Origin: Macrostomum lignano
Lineage: Eukaryota
Assembly (NCBI GenBank): GCA_002269645.1
Contig: NIVC01000033.1
Location: 299,335-363,334, forward strand
DNA: 64,000 nucleotides
Reading direction: 5' to 3'
In this document: positions 57,567-64,000 of the stretch, one piece after another
Numbering within the stretch: position 1 is the stretch's first letter
Layout: the number at the start of each line of letters is the position of its first letter
Translations under genes and position numbers: made by a program
The notes under the pieces: generated by a model
Told to the model about the DNA's origin: nothing
Seen by the model: only the letters and a program-made list of their open reading frames with translations
Database searches by the model: none

Positions 57567-60500
57567 ACCTATTTTCTATCTTAGTAATTATTATTTATTA
57601 GTAAATCTTGGATAAGGACCTTGGGTTGGTCTATTTTAGTTTATCTTAAAATTGTTTATTTTATTAGTTTAAATAATACATAGTAACTATATTTACTACC
57701 TACTCCTGTTTTCAAAATGGTTATTACTAAACTAATCTATCAATATCATTAAAATGGTTACTACCAAAAATCATTCTTATTGAAATAGATTAGATTCCAT
57801 TAAATTATTTCTTATTATACCTATTATAAATATGACCTTATAAAAAGATATTTAATATGCTATAATTATATCTTTGGTACACTGTCATAAGATAAGGTCA
57901 AAATGTATTATATATAAAGGATTACAGTTGTTTTGGTGACAAGCAAGTTATTTCGGTGACAAGAAGACCTTTTTGGCATGGTGATGGACTGTTGTGTTTA
58001 CAAGCATAAAATTATATTGCCAATCTTAATTAAATGAAACCTAAAATTTCAGATTGGTAAAATAGTTAAATATTGATTTATTTAATTTTATTTATTTACT
58101 TTCAAGGGTTGTATGATCTTTTGTATTTCTTGTACATTTTTGAAACCTTGCTTTTCTCTCGCAGTAGGCATTTCATGATGAGGATCCTTATAAACATAGA
58201 GCCGCTAGTCTAGATTTATATGTTTAAATATTCTGGGAAAAATTTGAAACAAGTTGTACAAAAATAAAACAATGCATTAGATTAAATTTTTCTTAAAATT
58301 GAATTTTAAGAAAATTGATTTTTTTATATTAATCTTAAATTATTACTAAGTAATATTATGAAGCACCTTGATGTCACTAAAATAATAAACTCACCAACTC
58401 TCATTTTTATCAAAGTTCAAGTGTGTTTGTTATAAAATTAACTTGTCACTGAAATGTCTATTACCAAAACACCTTGTCACCAAATGACTAGCATGTATAT
58501 ATAAATGTTTAACTAGGCCTATTAGTCTATATCATAAAAATAAGGCCAACTCATATTTTCTCTTGTGCTTAAATGTAATTATACTTGATAAAAATGTTTT
58601 TTGCTATTTTTCCTATTAGGTATTTATCAGACATATTTTTGAGCCACAGAGAACTTCTAGATTTTTTAAAGTGCATTAGCAATCAACTTATTATCATTCA
58701 GCATTGACACAATTTCAAATTAAAATGAAAAATAATGTTGCAACTCTGTGTTAAGGTAAATCATTTACTATACTACTAGCAAAATTTTAATGAAACATAA
58801 TTTTGCAAATATTAGTATTAAGGTTAATGACTATAGTTTTCATTTTTAGTATATTTGATTTATTAGCACTGGTACAATTTTAAATAAAAATTTTTACAAA
58901 CAAAGCTACATTATGTATCTAGGGAGGGCTAGGCAATATAACATTCTATTAGTGGTGTAGGCAAGGGGGGGTATAGGGATTTATCCCCCTTATGGGCCTG
59001 GTTGGTAGGTATAAGAAATTTATTGGTGTTGACTATGGAAAGCATAGTGCATGCTAGTGCAAGTCAAAAATGATTTTCATTTATTAAAGAATTCAGTACA
59101 AAAGAAATTTTTTTAAATTTTTTTCATTAAATTGTGAATTTGAGTAGGTTTGAATTTTGAATTTGAATTTGAATTGAATTTTCATATAATTAGAAACTTG
59201 ACTAGCCATTCAAAGCTACTAAGCACATGTCTACATATTTGATTTATAGCACTTAATTTTCTTGTGAACTGCCCATTGGGCCAGCAAGTATAAGTAGCAA
59301 CAGCAACTCATATCCCTGCACCCCCTATGAGAAATTCCTGGCTATATCCCTGCATTATATATAATACTTATAGAAAATGGAGAGCTTGCAGTTGCATGCT
59401 CAGCAGCTGTCCATCTAGTGTTTTAATTGCATGCATAGTGGCTATACACCTAGTGTTTTAATTGTATGCATGGCAACCCACAGTTGGCCACAGTATAGGC
59501 CTAGTAAATTGGACCCTTTCCCTTAAATATACTGGTCCCTATTAACTAAACCTAATTAAAAAAATTATTGTTACTATATTGTTTTATAATGTTTTTCCCA
59601 CATACCATGTACACCTAATGTAATCTCAACTTCCTTCCTTCCTATATCCTAAAAATGAGTTGTCTTATATGTAGGTATGTAGCTGTGTGATCAATTAAAG
59701 AAAAAATAGCTTGACCAAATTTCTTCAAACTTGCACCATTTGATCAGAAATTTTCCTGATGGTACATACATTGTGGCTAAGAAATTGCTAAATTTTAAAG
59801 GGATTAAATATTCAAAAAACATGTTTTTGCAAAGGTCAAGCAAAATTTTTGACTTGAAATATATTGTAAAAATGCTATGAGAAAAAAACTGACAGAATTT
59901 TGATTCTAATAAAGGTTGCATCACAACTACTGATAGATCTGGATATTTGGATTTGGATTCCAAATCCGAAAAGTCTCATATTTTTAGAAATCCGAATGTT
60001 TTGGATTTAGAAATTTTATTTTCCAAATTTCCAAATGTGCTTCCCAATATGAAAAAATCAAAAAACCAAAATAAAATTATGCAAACATAAAAGTAATACA
60101 ACTTTAAAAAAAGATATTAAATTTAAAAAATGAGAACTTAAAATTTAACACCATTTTGTTTGTATTTACAATAGTCTATTTTTGCAGTAATGTATATTTT
60201 TAAAGTGCTATTAAATAAAGTTACTTAACTTCGGGACCTTTGAGGCATTTAACCTAAAGTTGCAGAAACATTTTTAGGTAGGTAATCATTGTTTAAGTAT
60301 AATTGTTACTTTGTTTTTTTCAAAATGCAAATGCAACTGACTTTACGTGCACTATACATAGTAAAGTTATCAAATTGCACAAATGTCAGTTAGCAATAGT
60401 TAATGGAATTAGTTAGATTAGATGTACTAGGGGTATAAGAATTAACTTCAATTCTATTCAGATACTAGATAGATAGATATAGTATAAGCACGAGCTAGAT

Positions 60501-62309
60501 TAAATCTTGTCAATAAACAAATGTACAGCACTTGAGCACTAATATGATTACTAATTAGATGATGAGGCATTGACATGACTAAAAGGTGTCAAAGTTATTC
60601 CCGCCATTTACCTTTTACTTTTTTACATTTGGAAACACATTCGGAAACTTGCAAAAATCTATATTTGGTCCATCACTAATCACAACAGGTTGAAACAATG
60701 TCAAAGAGAAGCCCAAAACTTGATTGAAATTGTGCAACTATATTGCTAACTTAAATTGAGACTGATACTGATACTAGCTCATTGAGAAATTGATGATATT
60801 ATAACTTTCTACTCTAATTGACTTGCCATAAGTATTGAATTATAAGGGCCACAATTTATGTTCTCCAATTGAAAAGAGATAGCCTAGATGTGAACAGACT
60901 GGACTGCTAATGTAGCCACCTAGGTTCAAATCTTAGTAGTGCAAAATAATATTTTTATTAAAACACCTAAAAAAACACAAAACTGCTAAACATAAAAGAA
61001 GCACCATATAGAACAGAAGAGGCACTATGTCAAACATAAAAGAGCACTATTATTAGGCCCAATGGTGACTAGGCTACCGCTACACTTAGATAGGCCTAGA
61101 TGTATAACTAGCGCATTCCGCTAGATATAGCTTGTGTACGAATTAGCTTATTTGAATATGTAGCGATACGCCATATTAATAGAACTGAACTGTTCTTTAT
61201 TAAATAGTAACAATAGGTAAAATACTAAAATACGTCACGTTTTAGGGGCCCGGTCGATTTACATAATAATAGTAGTAGTAAGTTTGGCTCAGGCAAGAAG
61301 CCTGTTTGGCCAATATATTTCAATATATTTATATATTTATATATATATTTATTTATTTATTTATTAAATTTCAAAAAATCACACAGAATAGTAATTCGAG
61401 AGTAGAAGGAAGTATTCATGCGATTAATTTAGTGGTTTTGCAATAATGTAGTATTTGAAAGAGCGCCTAAATCTTTTCTACGAAACTTCAAACGGGCTTT
61501 AGCGAGTAACAAAGCAAAAAGTATTTAAGTAAGGAATTAAAAAACAAATACTGTATGAACATGATGTATAACAATTTCATTGATCCCGTAGATGATGAAA
61601 AATAAGTTGGCATCACTAGGGGAGCGCATAGATGCTGGCAGGGAGAAAGGATTTCAATACTAATCTCCGGCTTAAGCCAAAAAAAGTTCTGCAACGTCAA
61701 AACGAAATGCATATAGGTATTGATCAGACAATAACAAAAATCAAATGTAAGGATTGTTGGCAATTATTAGGCATTAAAGATGAAGGATATTTTTTAAAGC
61801 AAGTATAGGAGGAAATGACGAAAAAATAGAGCGCTTGAAACAAAATTTTTAGGTAGACATTAAGTGTTTGCGATTAGAGAATTTATGGTACGAATGAAAG
61901 CGTAATGTGGGAGAAATTGCACCGGTATTTTTAAACGAAGCAAAGCAGGAAATTAATTGCAAGGAGGTATATTGTATCTCTTATATTGTATCTCTTATCA
62001 TATATAGTTTTGGTTATTTAAAACAGATCCTTTCGGACGAAGCAGTGATAGAAATTTATGGTATGAAAACCTCAAAGAGATCTTCAAGTTAATCTTATAT
62101 CAGATAGGAAACTATAAATCTTTTGGATTGCATTGAGGTCTTTTCTGATTTTGTTTGCGTTGTTGTCAAAAATATATAATGAGCTGGTTTGTGCTGCCAG
62201 CACTAACCGGCGTTTGTGTACACCGCCAGCCAACCCCCTCCCCCGGCTTGCGCCCACCCCCTCCCTCGGGAGGGTTTTATGCCTGCGGACTAGCTGAGTT
62301 TGTGTCTCG

Positions 62310-64000
62310 CTGCGCGCTTGAATTTTGAAGTTTGAATTAGGCGACGTTGAGCCGACCTACATGGTTGACACCCGGCTGCCGTTTGGTGCAGCGTTGTTGC
62401 AGCGTTGGTGCAGCGTTTGGTGTCAGCAGCTTCTTTCAGGTTAGCAATGCCATCCGGTTCATGATGCTCAAGCGCAAGTTTTACAACTTCGAGGTCTACA
62501 TGGACGATTTCGGCTTCGCGCGGTCGCTGACTGATTGCTGGCGGTTCTACACGGAGCTGACGCAGCTGGTGCAGAGGCTGGGCCTGCCTGTTAACTGGAA
62601 GAAGTGCGTTCAGCCGACTCAAGAAATGTGCTTCCTGGGCATCCAGTTCAATACTCTGTCGGGGCTCATGAGCTTGCCAGGATCCAAAGTGGAAGAGCTG
62701 CGGGTCAGCCTTGATCAGTGCTGTGCGATGCGGTGGATCTCCAAGCATGAGCTGCAGAAGCTGGTGGGAAAGCTCAACTGGGCCTCCCAGGTGATTGTCA
62801 ACGGCCGGCCGTTCTTGCGCGACTTGATCGACCGCGTCAACAACCTGTCAAGCTCTAAGGATCGGCTATTGGTGGATGACCAGTTGAGAAGCATTCTCGG
62901 CTGGTGGAATGTGGCCTTGCGGCAGCAGCGAGGTCGTGAAATTTGGCCCACGGACAGGAGACCGGTTGCCATAGAGACGGACGCCTGCCTGGTGGGAGCG
63001 GCAGCTATTTTGCGTGACCCGGCTGGTTTTGACTGGTGCTACCTGAAGTGGGATGTCGATGCTGGTGGCGTCTTCAGCGAGTGCTGCATCAACTACAAGG
63101 AGGCTGCTGCGGTCCTGCTGGCCTTGCTGCGCTGGTGCCATCCGCTGCACAACTGCCGGGTCGCTGTCTACTGCGACAACGCCGCCGCCTTCGCGATCAT
63201 CAACAAGGGGTCTTCCAGGGAGCCCCGGTTGCTGCGGCTGCTGCAAACTGTTGCTCTGCTTTGCCTGAAGCAGAACGTGGTGGTTACTGCCCATCATGTG
63301 CCTGGCCGGTTCCAGCTGTTTGCTGACGCAGCTTCCGCCTGCACTGCCGTCAAGAATTGGTGAATTTTGTGTTGCGAGCCTATGCAACATGTTGTGTCAG
63401 CCCGCAAGAGTTTGCCGGTCATGCGCTCAGCCCTCCCACCGCCGCCTTTCTCCTTTTGCAGGTCGCCTCCCTGGGTCTCTCAACGCCGCCGCCGCCAAGC
63501 TTCTCCAGCAGGCCTACGCCTCATCATCCAAGAAGTCGCTATCGTCCGCCATCCGCTCCTGGCAACGCTTCTATCTCGAGCGGCGGTTCGACCCGCTCTG
63601 CTGCCGGGCGGAGGACCTCGCGAATTACGTTGCCTGACTCGTGGATGGCCGGCTCAGCTCCTTCGGCAGCGTCCGCGTGCACATCAGCGCTCTCACCGCC
63701 AACTTCCGGCTGGCAGGGGCGCCAGATCTGACCAAGCATCCGCTGCACCTGGTGCTGCGGGGAGCCAAGCGCGAGCTCGGGGCGGAGCCGAGCCGCAAGC
63801 TGCCGGTGTCTCCCGAGATTTTAACAAGGCTGCGTCGCCAAGCTGACTGCTCGAACCCAGCCCAAGCTGCCTGCTGGGCGGCAGTCATGTGCGCCTGGTG
63901 GGGTATGTTTAGGAAGTCCAGCCTGTTGCCTGCTGGGCGCGCTGATCCGCCAGTGCTGCGGCTCAGTTCTCTGTCGGAGTGCAAGGACGGTCTGCTTCTG
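62310..64000 (+). mobile_element. Truncated DIRS-order (Ngaro-like) retrotransposon: RT-RNase H plus tyrosine recombinase
   Basis: RT motifs YMVDTRLPFG and EVYMDDF, CFLGI. RNase H motifs IETDAC, INYKE, YCDN, ADAAS. The overlapping recombinase ORF has LRGAKR, RKLPV, GMFRKSSLL, with an in-frame stop near 63637. No gag or RT N-terminus seen. Confidence 0.88.

Noticed and set aside
57920-59360. Possible MITEs (ggtgacaag/cttgtcacc inverted motifs; GG-rich termini near 58960 and 59345)
   Set aside because: TIR and TSD boundaries could not be defined by eye and there is no second copy in the window.
59691-62092. Short ORFs in the AT-rich region
   Set aside because: Non-ATG starts or low complexity, codon usage unlike the host genes, and no motifs.
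63357-63731. In-frame TGA in the recombinase frame as possible selenocysteine, given EEFSEC in the window
   Set aside because: The codon lies in a decayed transposon ORF (normally a Trp-like position), and no SECIS or selenoprotein motif is seen anywhere in the window.

Overview
Eukaryotic (metazoan) genomic DNA. The GC-rich exons, Ala/Gln runs and repeat-stuffed introns are most reminiscent of the free-living flatworm Macrostomum; this is inference, and the organism is not given. Eight multi-exon genes lie head-to-tail on the minus strand. In transcription order they are MED12 (11 exons), PRIM1 (2), WDR36/UTP21 (6), BORCS5 (2), EEFSEC (5), ERCC4/XPF (7), NAGS (3) and a Mab-21/cGAS-like-receptor-like gene that runs off the left edge. 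I assembled the exons by hand from GT-AG boundaries, and all phases close except for one 1-bp homopolymer frameshift in ERCC4. Main observations: (1) ERCC4 has no genomic start codon in frame, but has an in-frame acceptor that would be completed by a spliced leader ending in AUG, consistent with a trans-spliced operon-like cluster. (2) 28 of 29 introns in the seven named genes carry a micro/minisatellite, almost always private to that intron, and there is a strong excess of phase-0, AG|G(T) junctions. (3) MED12 intron 1 carries a captured copy of exon 1 inside a minisatellite shared with intron 6. (4) Arrays of CRE and AP-1 motifs lie upstream of BORCS5. Mobile DNA comprises a dead mariner, two copies of a tRNA-derived SINE and a truncated DIRS/Ngaro-type tyrosine-recombinase retrotransposon. 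56.6-62.2 kb is AT-rich and noncoding. Most long ORFs in the supplied track are artefacts of tandem repeats.
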